A DNA stretch of 64,000 nt from Candidatus Improbicoccus pseudotrichonymphae (GCA_036322855.1 AP027924.1:61361-125360); one strand, 5' to 3'. Shown: positions 9,364 to 19,772, counted from the first letter of the stretch. Program-made: numbers and translations. The notes: generated by a model from the letters alone, not told the origin.

Positions 9364-9819
9364 TCATTTTATATTTACAGTCACGGCTGGCGAATTGACT
9401 ATTTCTATCACGCCACCCATAGAACAATTTAGTTTACTTGTTTTGTTTAAAGCGGGTTGATTTTTTATCGTACACGTAGAACAACTAGGAGCCCAAGGTG
9501 TCGAAAAAATGGGTGTACAAGGGGCAGGTACGAAGCTTGGTGGAGCCGGAGGTATACTGGCCAAAGCGCTTGCACTTATAACGGTTGGATTTATTTGAGA
9601 TTGACAAGAGTTCGAAGGAGGAAAAATTACTTTGCCGTTTGTGTCACCTATATTCGCAGCTGGCATATTTGTTATATTTACCATTTTATCCGGCAGAACA
9701 TTTATTTGTCCGAAGACCCCCGGCGGATACGATGGTGCCCGCGGAACAGGAACACCAACGGTTAGCATACAAGACATAGAGCATTTCAATATTGATGCAT
9801 TTACAACAGGATTTGCCAA
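9364..9819 (-). CDS. DUF4280 (PAAR-like) domain protein
   Basis: 151 aa; VVNASILKCS, MPAANIGD, CQSQINPTV, PAPCTP..TPWAPS, QPALNKTSKLNCSMGGVIEIV follow the DUF4280 pattern as I remember it. Markedly G+C-richer than its flanks. Confidence 0.72.
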   Translation of the reverse strand: MANPVVNASILKCSMSCMLTVGVPVPRAPSYPPGVFGQINVLPDKMVNITNMPAANIGDTNGKVIFPPSNSCQSQINPTVISASALASIPPAPPSFVPAPCTPIFSTPWAPSCSTCTIKNQPALNKTSKLNCSMGGVIEIVNSPAVTVNIK

Positions 9820-9860
9820 ATTTATTCCTTCTTTCGAGTAAAAATATTAGTAAATTTGAC

Positions 9861-10538
9861 TTAACTTAATAAATCGGGTCGGTTTTTCTTCGTGTAATTT
9901 ATACTTTCTTCTTTTTTCCATTTTTTGATTTTTTCATGATTGCCCGTAAGCAAAATTTCTGGCACTTCTCTATTATGCCAAACTTTTGGTTTTGTATACT
10001 GAGGGAATTCTAAGAGTTTTCTAAAATGACTTTCTTCTTCTTTCTTTGTATTTTTCGAAAGAACATTTGGTAATAAACGGACTACGGCATCGATAATTAT
10101 CAATGCCGGCAATTCACCCCCGCTTATAACATAATCGCCTATGGAAATCTGTTCATCAGCTATTTCTTCAATAACTCTTTCATCTATTCCCTCATATCTT
10201 CCACACATAAAAGTTATATTTTTAAAAAAAGTTAATTCTTTTGCAATTTTTTGATTAAAAACCCTTCCTCTCGGAGACATAAATATTAAATAAGGTCTTA
10301 CTTTTCTGATAGAAACTATATGTTTAAAGCAATCATAAATTGGTTGAGGTTTTATAATCATTCCTCCACCTCCGCCATAGGGAGTATCATCAATTCTCTT
10401 GTGTTTATTATCAGAAAAATCACGAAGTTGATGATAATTAATATCTAAAACTTTTTTCAACAGGCTTTTCTTCATAATTCCGATGGACATTACATTTTTG
10501 CATATTTCAGGAAAAAGAGTTACTATATCTATGTTCAT
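9861..10538 (-). CDS. trmD: tRNA (guanine37-N1)-methyltransferase
   Basis: MNIDIVTLFPE start, GGGGMIIKPQPI, RYEGIDERV, ISIGDYVISGGELPA motifs. Confidence 0.9.
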   Translation of the reverse strand: MNIDIVTLFPEICKNVMSIGIMKKSLLKKVLDINYHQLRDFSDNKHKRIDDTPYGGGGGMIIKPQPIYDCFKHIVSIRKVRPYLIFMSPRGRVFNQKIAKELTFFKNITFMCGRYEGIDERVIEEIADEQISIGDYVISGGELPALIIIDAVVRLLPNVLSKNTKKEEESHFRKLLEFPQYTKPKVWHNREVPEILLTGNHEKIKKWKKEESINYTKKNRPDLLS

Positions 10539-10730
10539 AAATTTTTAATTTTTTATATTTGGAATAAAACACAACATTATTAGAGTATAATCTAATGTTT
10601 TTGTAACGTTCAATACACCATTGCAAAATTATACTTTATTTTTATTATAGAATTTTGTAAAATGTTTTTGTTGTTTGTTTACATTTTACAAATAGATGAC
10701 AGGTTTCTCTGTTTTTCAGAGGAATTTTGT

Positions 10731-10821
10731 GGAGAAGTACTCAAGTGGTTGAAGAGGCGCCCCTGCTAAGGGTGTAGATCGGGAAACCGGTGCGAGAGTT
10801 CGAATCTCTCCTTCTCCGCCA
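10731..10821 (+). tRNA. tRNA-Ser (anticodon GCU) with encoded CCA
   Basis: Hand-folded: acceptor GGAGAAG/CTTCTCC, anticodon loop CTGCTAA, long variable arm, T-loop TTCGAAT. Confidence 0.85.
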
Positions 10822-10883
10822 ATGTAGTGTTTTATAGGGGCTCTGGTTTTCTGTTTGTACAGAAAACCAGTTGGAAGATTTGG

Positions 10884-12584
10884 TTAGATTACCCTTGTTA
10901 ATCTTTCTTCTTTTCTTCCGAAGGCCTTTTGTGAGCTTGGAATTTCGGCCTTCTTGAGTTTTGGCATTTCGACTTTACCAATAAAGTTGTAATAGATTTC
11001 GATTTTTCGAAATACTTCTTTACCGATTTGTTCTCGGTGATGAACTATGATTTTATCTATAAATTCATGAAGAATCTCGTAAGTAAGTTCATTCATATTT
11101 GAGTGTTTTCGGGCTATTTTCAAAAAAGCGTCGCTATTCATTTCATGGTTCTTTTCCTCTGTAACTATTTCTTTCAGATATTTTATTCTTTGTTTGGGTT
11201 CTAATTGTTCGTCTTCGAACTTTATTGAAAGTTTTAGAAATTTTTCCTCGTTTAGAATGCCCAAGGCTTTGTCTTCGTAAACTTTTTCAAATAAAACATC
11301 AAGTTCATTGTTTCTTTTTAAAGCTAATTCTAAATTTTCTTGATTTTTTTGTTGTTCCATTTGAATTCTTTTATAATTCTCGTTGACAACAATCTTTACA
11401 AACTCATCTTCAAATTTGTTTGCAAACTGTATGATCTCATAAATTTTGTTTCTTATGTTATGAGTCAGACTATCAAGTCTTATATGATGTGTCTTGTTGC
11501 ATAAACCATTTCTGTGTCTATTATTAAAACAAGAAAAATATTTGTTGTCCTGGTTGTCGTGTGTATATTTGAAATTTAGGTTTGCCCCACAACTACTACA
11601 TTTAAGTAACCCCGAAAACATGTTTCTTTCAACGACATTTTTTGATTGTCTGAATTTGGTTTTATTAAATGTCTTTTGAACATCTTCGAATAATTGGCGA
11701 CTTATTATTGGTTTATGCACATCTTTATGAATTTCCCATTCTTCTTTGGGATTTGAAACTTGAACTTTAACTTTAAAAGATTTTTTTCTAGTCTTGAAGT
11801 TTATAATGTCTCCACAGTATGATTGATTTTTCAAAATTCTGTTTACATTTTCTTCTGTCCATAGATATTTATCTCTATGAACTTTAATAGCAGGCTTTTT
11901 GTAACCTTTTTCGGCTGCATATTGGGATGGAATTAAAACTTTTTCTTTTCTGAGAGTTCTGGCAATTTTAGTTGTGCTTTCACCGGCTGATCTCATACTA
12001 AAGATTTTTCTTACAATCTCGGCAGCTTCTGGATCTATTTCCCAAGTTTTGGTATCTTTGTTTAATTTATAACCGTAGGGAGCAGATGTACCAATTGGCA
12101 GACCTTGTTTGCTTTTTAATCTTAAAGTAGACTTTACTTTGCGGCTTATGTCTTTACAGTAAAATTCATTAATGATATTTCTGAAAGGCGTAAAGTCGTC
12201 TTCGCCTTGTTGGCTGTCTACTCCATCGTTTACGGCAATAAATCTTACGTTATGCATGGGTAGTAGATTTTCTGTGAGTTTTCCGACTTCTAGGTAGTTT
12301 CTTCCGAGTCGAGACATATCCTTAACAATTAAAGTTTCTATTCTTCCTTGTTCAATTAGATCATATAATTCTTTGAAGCCCTTTCTTTTGAAAGTCACTC
12401 CCGAAATACCATCATCTATAAAGATTTGAAGATTTCTAAATTTGTTTCTATTGGCATAATCTGTTAAAAAAGCTTTTTGATTGGCAATACTGTTTGATTC
12501 TCCTTCTTGTTCATCCTCCCTTGATAGTCTTAAATATAAAGCGGTTATTCTTTCTTCCGCAATGTAATTTGCTAAATTTAACAT
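10884..12584 (-). CDS. large serine recombinase (TndX/TnpX-like, with DUF4368-like C-terminal domain)
   Basis: ALYLRLSREDE catalytic-Ser motif, DDGISG, VKDMSRLGRNY, Cys-rich zinc ribbon (CSSCGANL), C-terminal FIDKIIVHH...IEIYYNFIG. Confidence 0.88.
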   Translation of the reverse strand: MLNLANYIAEERITALYLRLSREDEQEGESNSIANQKAFLTDYANRNKFRNLQIFIDDGISGVTFKRKGFKELYDLIEQGRIETLIVKDMSRLGRNYLEVGKLTENLLPMHNVRFIAVNDGVDSQQGEDDFTPFRNIINEFYCKDISRKVKSTLRLKSKQGLPIGTSAPYGYKLNKDTKTWEIDPEAAEIVRKIFSMRSAGESTTKIARTLRKEKVLIPSQYAAEKGYKKPAIKVHRDKYLWTEENVNRILKNQSYCGDIINFKTRKKSFKVKVQVSNPKEEWEIHKDVHKPIISRQLFEDVQKTFNKTKFRQSKNVVERNMFSGLLKCSSCGANLNFKYTHDNQDNKYFSCFNNRHRNGLCNKTHHIRLDSLTHNIRNKIYEIIQFANKFEDEFVKIVVNENYKRIQMEQQKNQENLELALKRNNELDVLFEKVYEDKALGILNEEKFLKLSIKFEDEQLEPKQRIKYLKEIVTEEKNHEMNSDAFLKIARKHSNMNELTYEILHEFIDKIIVHHREQIGKEVFRKIEIYYNFIGKVEMPKLKKAEIPSSQKAFGRKEERLTRVI

Positions 12585-12645
12585 TTTTTAATCTCCCTTA
12601 TTTAAAGTTAGATCAAAAACCAAAATAGCAATGTTTACACTATCA

Positions 12646-12933
12646 TTATACATCATTATTGATCGAATTGGAGCTCCTTAGATCTGCTTTTATAAGATTT
12701 TTTATTTTATCAATTACAGTATCACCCTCCTTTAGAAAATGTGATTCAATAATATAGGTCGTATTGCCTATTTTTTGTTCATTATAGGTATCAAAATATA
12801 TAGTTTTGGGCTTTTTAACATTTTCACCAACTTTTTCATCAGTTTCTTGATTAAAAGATTTTTCCTTTGTAAATTCATTAGATTTCTTAAATTCGTTTTG
12901 CATATGTTTATTTTTCATAGTTAGTTCCTCCAA
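12646..12933 (-). CDS. small TnpW-like accessory protein of clostridial integrative elements
   Basis: 95 aa directly upstream of the recombinase. IGNTTYIIESHF..GDTVIDKIKNLI resembles the TnpW-type motif (from memory). Confidence 0.35.
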   Translation of the reverse strand: MEELTMKNKHMQNEFKKSNEFTKEKSFNQETDEKVGENVKKPKTIYFDTYNEQKIGNTTYIIESHFLKEGDTVIDKIKNLIKADLRSSNSINNDV

Positions 12934-13447
12934 ATTTATAATTTATAATTTTAATAATTTGTTACTGAAATTGTGATTAATAATGTAAATAGTAATTTAA
13001 ACATTTTGATTATAATTTCGGTTCTTGAAATAACATTACTTTTCTAGTTCTAGTTTACAGACCAAAGTTTCATACGAGTTTCACGTCCGCGGGTTAGCTA
13101 GCCCCCGGCAGTCGTCTTGCCTCATTAGAAACCCACTTCCAAGTTAAAGTTTTCGTTTCTAACTTACTGACTCGACTGAAGTATCATTAGAAAATACAGG
13201 TTCTTCCGTTGGTTATTAAAGAGTAGCTGTATTCGTTAATCATGCAGATATTGTATTTAGCAATATTGCAAATTAACTGTCCTTTAGTCTTTTTATTCAA
13301 TTGTCAAAGCTCACTTTTACTCTTGCTATGTACCTTACATCTTAGAACGTAAAAGATTCTAAATTTGGTTAGAGTAATTTTTATTGTTTTAGAAGGGCAG
13401 AAAAAAGTCCTTCTATATATAGGGCGTTGAGAATGGCAAACGTCAGG

Positions 13448-13856
13448 TCATTTTTTAAAAAATTTTTTAAGTTTGGATAAAGCACTATTAATTGATTGAT
13501 TTACTGATTGTTTTTGTACATTTTGTACTCTTGCAATTTCTGAAATAGAAAAATTTTTAAAATAATGAAGCATTACTCTTTCTTTCTGAATCTTGGGCAA
13601 TTTTTCAATAGCTTCATAAAGCTTTTTTATCTCGAATTTCTATGTAACTTTCTTCTGTGGATTCTACTAATTCTTTTGATAACAAATTAAAAAGACTGGG
13701 GTCTTCGTTAATTGAATCAAGACTATTTTCTTGCTTCCGTTTACGATTTCTCCAGTCTTATTGCCAAAAGTTTTCTTTGTCGAATTTGTAAATTTCGTGT
13801 GTTACTTCTACTTCTATTATTTTTCCGTCGTGATCTTCGATTTTAATTTTATACAC
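13448..13856 (-). pseudogene. sigma-70 region-4 / HTH regulator of mobile elements, disrupted
   Basis: Reads VYKIKIEDHDGKIIEVEV..FWQ*DWRNRKRKQ.. (in-frame TAA). After a frameshift in an A-run it reads KKLYEAIEKLPKIQKERVMLHYFKNFSISEIARVQNVQKQSV.. Confidence 0.5.
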
Positions 13857-14083
13857 GCTTATACTTCCTTTAATTTTTAGATTTTGAATTTTTAAAAAAA
13901 TTAAAGGTTTCTAAGGATACCTGGCGTAATATGCAAAAAAATGTTTTAAAGTCATGTTGAAACTCAACAATTTGTACATGTTTTTTAAATTCACGTTTGA
14001 ATTTGACAATATATATACGTTTTTTTGTTGAATTTCACTAGAAAATCTGACGATTTAAATTCAGAAACAAATTTAAATTCGGA

Positions 14084-14111
14084 GACAAAAATAGCAACCG
14101 AATTGGTTGCT
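14084..14111 (-). terminator. putative intrinsic terminator downstream of the tail-fibre gene
   Basis: AGCAACC-n4-GGTTGCT hairpin followed on the minus strand by ATTTTTG. Confidence 0.4.
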
Positions 14112-14142
14112 TGTTCTGTTTTAATCTGTTGATTAGTAACTT

Positions 14143-16137
14143 CTAACTAATTCTTTGCCAATAATAACAAGTAACATTTGCTAATGTTCCTGAGCCATTC
14201 AAAGTCCATGAGCCTCCAAAATAAGTGCTTGGATTTGTTGAATTTACACTGATATATATAGAACCTATTGGGTAAAACGGATTTGGATATGCTTTTTCGT
14301 TTCCAGTTTTTAGTTGAATTTGATTTGAAGTGATCGTATCGGACAAAGTTATTTGGTTAATTTTAAAGTTATCGTTGCCGGTGTTTGTGCTTTGATCTTT
14401 GTAATATTGCAGATGTAAATACCAAACTTGGCCTTTTGTTAGAGTATAGCTTGCACTTGATGAAGATGAGCCACTTGCGTGTATGAATCGACCTGTTGTG
14501 GTTGTTGAGCTTGGATGTGATGAAGATGTGTTAGCTAAAACATTGCCATAATCATAGTTTGATTCAGATGAAATTGTATAATTTATTGTGACAGTGGCAT
14601 CGTTTTCATGATTTGTCATATCTATTTTTAAACATGTGTTTGAAGTTGAGTTTGCTATTCCTTGATTATTGCTTGTGAAAACTCCGTTGCTATAAGTGAA
14701 ATAGTAGCTATCGTTGGAAACTATTGTATATGATTCATTCCAATCACTTATGATGTCGTAGTTTAATGTCTGATTTCCATTTAAGATATCTACATCAAAT
14801 GAATTGTCGTTTACTGGAAATTTATTGACTCCGACAGATATTTTTTGTGTATCAAAAAACATTATCGGAAGTCCTTTAGCCAAAGTTTGTGAATAAGTTA
14901 TAGAATCAAACTGATCAGCTATTGTGAATTCAAAGTTCCATGAGATTGTGTTGTCAAAGATGGTGGTATAGCTGGTATTATTTTCAATTTCTGTATAATC
15001 TGACCAAATATCACTTGATGTAGGTCTATTTCTATACTTTATGTAGTTAATAGAGTTTTTACCGTTAACACTTGATATTTGAGCATCTACTTTTAGATTT
15101 GTTTCAGATTCAAAATTATTTATTCTTGCTAGAGAGATAGCTACCGTTGGCGGCAACCAATCATAGATGGTTATAGTTTTTGAGATAGTTGTTGAATTTC
15201 CTCTGGAATCTATGGCTTGTATACTAATATTTGTATTTGATGAGAGATTTATAGCTCCGAAATTAATGGTTCTTGCTGATGTGTAATTATATGTAGTCCC
15301 GTTAAATGTAAGTTTATAACTGCTGATTGTAGCTGAATTTTTACCTGCGGCAGAAGTAAAAGTAACTGTTAGATTTGACTTGTTTCTTACAATCCATTGA
15401 TCATTGTTTGTTATATTTACTACATTTGAATTTGTATCTTGATATGTAATTTGAGAACTACTAAAAGTTGGATTTGAATTTGTAACATAAAATGTAAAAC
15501 TTCTACTTGCTGCTCCTATATATGTGCTTCCATTATAGGTTTCACACCATAAAGTTCCAGTTCCACTATTTGAATTTGGTATCTTTGCATAAAAAGAAGT
15601 AGGAATCGTCCAAGTATAGCTAGTTCCTACGTTTCTGGCAAATATTTCCCAACCATCACCTATATCATAATATAACATGTGTGTGAAATAAGAAGAAGCT
15701 CGACTAATTGTAATACTTGTTGTGCTTCCAATATTACCATTTCCACCAGAAAATGAGCTTGCTCTTGGAATTGTTGTGAGTGTTTGAGAATAACTTTGTT
15801 CACTTGAGCTAACAGTACTCATGCTAAACCATGAGCTACAAGTTAGAGTTTTAGAACCGTCGCTATTATGCGAAATATCTAAAGTTTTTGAAAATAAAAT
15901 TATTCCATTTTCTGTTATTTTTTGATCCGAAGTTATGCTGGCGCTATAGGTAGTTCCATCTATTTTACAATAAATAGTTCCTGTACCATAAGTAGTATAG
16001 CCGGTGTTTGTGCGTCTTACTCTTACGTAAACATAAACATTAGAAGTGTTATTTGAGATATTTTGGCTATTTTGTGTGATTGTTATTGTATATTTTATAT
16101 ATTGATTGGTAGTAGACATATCTGATGAGGTGGACAT
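14143..16137 (-). CDS. phage tail fibre / receptor-binding-type structural protein (DUF859-like N-terminus), full length
   Basis: 664 aa, S/T/N-rich. N-terminal block with NTSNVYVYV..IDG..HNSDGSKTL recalls siphovirus DUF859 proteins. Follows a tail minor-structural gene. Confidence 0.55.
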   Translation of the reverse strand: MSTSSDMSTTNQYIKYTITITQNSQNISNNTSNVYVYVRVRRTNTGYTTYGTGTIYCKIDGTTYSASITSDQKITENGIILFSKTLDISHNSDGSKTLTCSSWFSMSTVSSSEQSYSQTLTTIPRASSFSGGNGNIGSTTSITISRASSYFTHMLYYDIGDGWEIFARNVGTSYTWTIPTSFYAKIPNSNSGTGTLWCETYNGSTYIGAASRSFTFYVTNSNPTFSSSQITYQDTNSNVVNITNNDQWIVRNKSNLTVTFTSAAGKNSATISSYKLTFNGTTYNYTSARTINFGAINLSSNTNISIQAIDSRGNSTTISKTITIYDWLPPTVAISLARINNFESETNLKVDAQISSVNGKNSINYIKYRNRPTSSDIWSDYTEIENNTSYTTIFDNTISWNFEFTIADQFDSITYSQTLAKGLPIMFFDTQKISVGVNKFPVNDNSFDVDILNGNQTLNYDIISDWNESYTIVSNDSYYFTYSNGVFTSNNQGIANSTSNTCLKIDMTNHENDATVTINYTISSESNYDYGNVLANTSSSHPSSTTTTGRFIHASGSSSSSASYTLTKGQVWYLHLQYYKDQSTNTGNDNFKINQITLSDTITSNQIQLKTGNEKAYPNPFYPIGSIYISVNSTNPSTYFGGSWTLNGSGTLANVTCYYWQRIS

Positions 16138-16292
16138 AATTTCACTCCAGATTTTTAAATTTCAAATCAAAAAATAAAATTAATTAAAGATAAAAATAAA
16201 AAACTCCATCTAAACCGATAGAGCTAATTGTTATTTACTTTTTAAATTTTGTTTTATTTATCTTAATTCATTAATTCGTTTAATTTATTAAT

Positions 16293-16954
16293 TTATACCA
16301 AAGCAACAACACCTATTCCCGTGTTTGTTTCAGTGTCAAGTTTAATAAATCTTAGTCTATTCGATAGCGTTATTTCATGCTCAATTACTGACTTTTCCAT
16401 GTGAAATTCATCTTTTGAGACCCAATAAAGTGGAGTCGTTCCATCTATATTGTAACCACAAAAGCCAATGTTGGCATTCATCCTTATGGTTGTGCCATCG
16501 TCGCAATAAATATTGATGCCTTCTTTGTTTACTTCACAGATTAGAGTGTTTGAATCATTATAAAGTTCGATTTTACCTGATTCATTAAGGTTTGAACCTA
16601 ATTTCAGAGTTCCTCCTTTTACTAAGTCTGCCGTAAGATGAAGAGTCTGAATCATTTGCATATCAAGTTGACCATCAATGGTCCAGGCACTGTTGAAAGT
16701 TCCGTTGATTCCGTTCTGAGAGAAACCGATTCCCCCTGAATTTATTCTCATTACATTAGTTGCTTCTTCTTTAGGTATTTTGTCTAAAATTAAGATTTGG
16801 CTACCATCATAAATTACATAAGAGTTTCCAAGGACACTATTTATCTTATTTGTTGCCTCAATTAGTTCTTTTTCTAATTTAGCAGTAGTTTCTCCGGCAC
16901 TTTTGTCTACTTCTTCTGTTATTTTGTTTTCAATATTAGTTATTAAGTTTTTTA
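16293..16954 (-). pseudogene. phage minor structural (tail) protein, 5'-truncated by IS insertion (left arm copy)
   Basis: Open frame runs up to the IS end at 16955 with no start. RINSGGIGFSQNGINGTF..TIDGQL motif; near-identical to 18053..18716. Confidence 0.6.
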
Positions 16955-17779
16955 GAGCCTGTTCCCACTAAAAAATTGATACAAAAACAAGAGCGAGTTG
17001 TATAAATCCAATGAACATAATATCTAATTTTTCAAATCTACAAAATATACGACGAAATCCACAAATTCGTCGAAAAAGACGTTCAATTTCATTACGCCTT
17101 TTATAGAGAGTTTTATCGTATTCCCAAGGTTTTTTACGATTTTTCTTAGGAGGCACAATAGGACTAAAATTAAGTATTTGAGCAGTATATCGAGTAAGAT
17201 CATCTTCATAGGCTCTGTCCATAACTAAAGATATATATATAAGTATCAGGTTTATCTACCGTTTCCATAAGAAGTCTTCCATGCGGTGCATCATGACACA
17301 CTGGCCTTCACTTAAAATAAAATCAACAGCTCTTTTTCATTTGCGCATATCATATGAACTTTTGTAGTTAGCTCACCTTTAGAGCGTCCTATGGCTTGTT
17401 TTCCGTTTTTTTAAAGCCCCACAAGCGTCTGGGTGTACTTTGACGTTTCTAGAATCCATAAATAAAGCCTCAGGATTAAGTTTAAGAACATTTTGTACGT
17501 GCAATTCTCTAAATAATTTTTCAATAATACCGACCTCAACCCAACGCCTAAAACGCTTGTATATCACGTGCCAATTTCCAAATTCAGACGGCAGTTTCCT
17601 CCATTTACAGCCGTTTTCACAGATATACAGTAATGCATTTATAAACACCAGATTGTTTACTGCCACATTACCTCTTTGTACAGGCAATAAATTTTTAATT
17701 TTTTCATATCCTTCTTCTGTTATTTCCATCTATTTTATTATAGCATTTTTTGTTTATTTTTTTTAGTGGGAACAGGCTC
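16955..17779 (-). mobile_element. IS5-family insertion sequence (IS427/IS1031-like), transposase decayed
   Basis: 19-21 bp terminal inverted repeats GAGCCTGTTCCCACTAAAA / TTTTAGTGGGAACAGGCTC. N-terminal ORF LLYICENGCKWRKLPSEFGNWHVIYKRFRRW and C-terminal ORF MDRAYEDD..RNEIERLFRR; the middle carries stops and frameshifts. Confidence 0.8.
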
Positions 17780-18716
17780 TAACGGATATCACAATGCTCT
17801 TGAAATAGATCTAAGAACGAAAGCACTAAACCATTTAAACAAAAATTCAGTTCCAAAGGTAAACTATTCAATTTCTGTATATCTAGAAAATGTTAATAAC
17901 AATGAAAATATTAATATCTCAGATGTAGGAGACATAATTTATGTAAAACATCCAAAATGTAGAATTGATATAGAAACCAGCGTTATAGCCCTTGAATATG
18001 ACGTTATAAGCAACAAAATAACAAAAATTGAGTTCGGAAACTTTAAAAATAATCTAAAAAATTTAATAACTAATATTGAAAACAAAATAACAGAAGAAGT
18101 AGATAAAAGTGCCGGAGAGACTACTGCTAAGCTAGAAAAAGAACTAATTGAGGCAACAAATAAAATAAATAGCGTCCTTGGTAACTCTTATGTAATCTAT
18201 GATGGTAGCCAAATCTTAATTTTAGACAAAATACCTAAAGAAGAAGCAACTAATGTAATGAGAATAAATTCAGGGGGAATCGGTTTCTCTCAGAACGGAA
18301 TCAACGGAACTTTCAACAGTGCCTGGACCATTGATGGTCAACTTGATATGCAAATGATTCAGACTCTTCATCTTACGGCAGACTTAGTAAAAGGAGGAAC
18401 TCTAAAACTAGGTTCAAACTTAAATGAATCAGGTAAAATCGAACTTTATAATGATTCAAACACTTTAATCTGTGAAGTAAACAAAGAAGGCATCAACATT
18501 TATTGCGATGATGGCACAACCATAAGAATGAATGCCAACATTGGCTTTTGTGGCTACGATATAGATGGGACAACTCCACTTTATTGGGTCTCAAAAGATG
18601 AATTCCACATGGAAAAATCAGTAATTGAGCATGAAATAACGCTATCGAATAGACTAAGATTCATTAAACTTGATACAGATTCAAACACCGGAATAGGAGT
18701 TGTTGCTTTGGTATAA
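17780..18716 (+). pseudogene. phage minor structural (tail) protein, 5'-truncated by the IS (right arm copy)
   Basis: The ORF only opens inside the IS inverted repeat. Sequence from about 18053 onward is near-identical to the reverse complement of 16293..16954. Confidence 0.6.
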
Positions 18717-18916
18717 AATATGTTAATTGATAACAAAAATGACTAATAACAAAAATTTTAATAATTTTAATAATAATAAACAAAATAAACGTCTAGATTG
18801 ACGCTTTATTTTTTTGCCTTTTCTTACCTATCTTAATCATCTTATCTTTTATTACTTTCTTATTTTTTATTTTTTATTACTTATATCTTATTTTTCTTAC
18901 TTTTGGAGCTGAAAAT

Positions 18917-19507
18917 ATGTCCACCTCATCAGATATGTCTACTACCAATCAATATATAAAATATACAATAACAATCACACAAAATAGTCAAAATGTCTCA
19001 AACAACACTTCTAATGTTTATGTTTACGTAAGGGTAAGGCGCACAAATACTGGATATACGACTTATGGTACAGGAACTATTTATTGCAAAATAGATGGAA
19101 CTACCTATAGCGCCAGCATAACTTCAGATCAAAAAATAACAGAAAATGGAATAATTTTATTTTCAAAAACTTTGGATATTACCCACAATTTTGACGGTTC
19201 TAAAACTCTAACTTGTAGCTCATGGTTTAGCATGAGCACTGTTAGCTCAAGCGAACAAAGTTATTCTCAAACACTCACAACAATTCCAAGAGCAAGCTCA
19301 TTTTCTGGTGGAAATGGTAATATTGGAAGCACGACTAGTATTGCAATTAGTCGAGCTACGACAAATTTCACACACATGTTATATTATGATATAGGTGATG
19401 GTTGGGAAATATTTGCCAGAAACGTAGGAACTAGCTATACTTGGACGATTCCTACTTCTTTTTATGCAAAGATACCAAATTCAAATAGCGGAACTGGAAC
19501 TTTATGG
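18917..19507 (+). pseudogene. 3'-truncated second copy of the DUF859-like tail fibre gene
   Basis: First ~196 codons are near-identical to 14143..16137. The frame breaks exactly where tRNA-Glu begins (..GTGTLWW* versus ..GTGTLWCETYNG). Confidence 0.65.
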
Positions 19508-19582
19508 TGGTGACTCGGACGGGATTCGAACCCGTGTTACCGCCGTGAAAGGGCAGTGTCTTAACCACTTGACCACCGAGCC
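19508..19582 (-). tRNA. tRNA-Glu (anticodon UUC) with encoded CCA
   Basis: Hand-folded from the reverse complement: acceptor GGCTCGG/CCGAGTC, anticodon loop CTTTCAC, T-loop TTCGAAT. Confidence 0.8.
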
Positions 19583-19676
19583 TTACGCATTCTTGAATTT
19601 TAAAATAAAAAAACAAATAATTCAACACATTTTTAATAAAAATACTTTATTATAAACAAAACCTTTATTTACTAAA

Positions 19677-19772
19677 GCTCGTTCACGCGAATCGAAAATA
19701 AAAAGCAAACAAGACAAAGAAAAGAAATAACATTAAATCGAGCTTGTCATAACGTATAAAAAATTCAGCAAA
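19677..19772 (-). mobile_element. solo terminal fragment (~95 nt) of a second IS5-family element
   Basis: GCTCGTTCACGCGAA.. end and following sequence align with the 3' end of the degenerate IS at 46038..46784 and with 34485..34575. Confidence 0.5.

Noticed and set aside
9457-9841. Three overlapping + strand ORFs (102, 64 and 69 aa)
   Set aside because: They lie antisense to the G+C-rich DUF4280 gene. They are stop-poor because of composition, and have no SD and no recognisable motifs.
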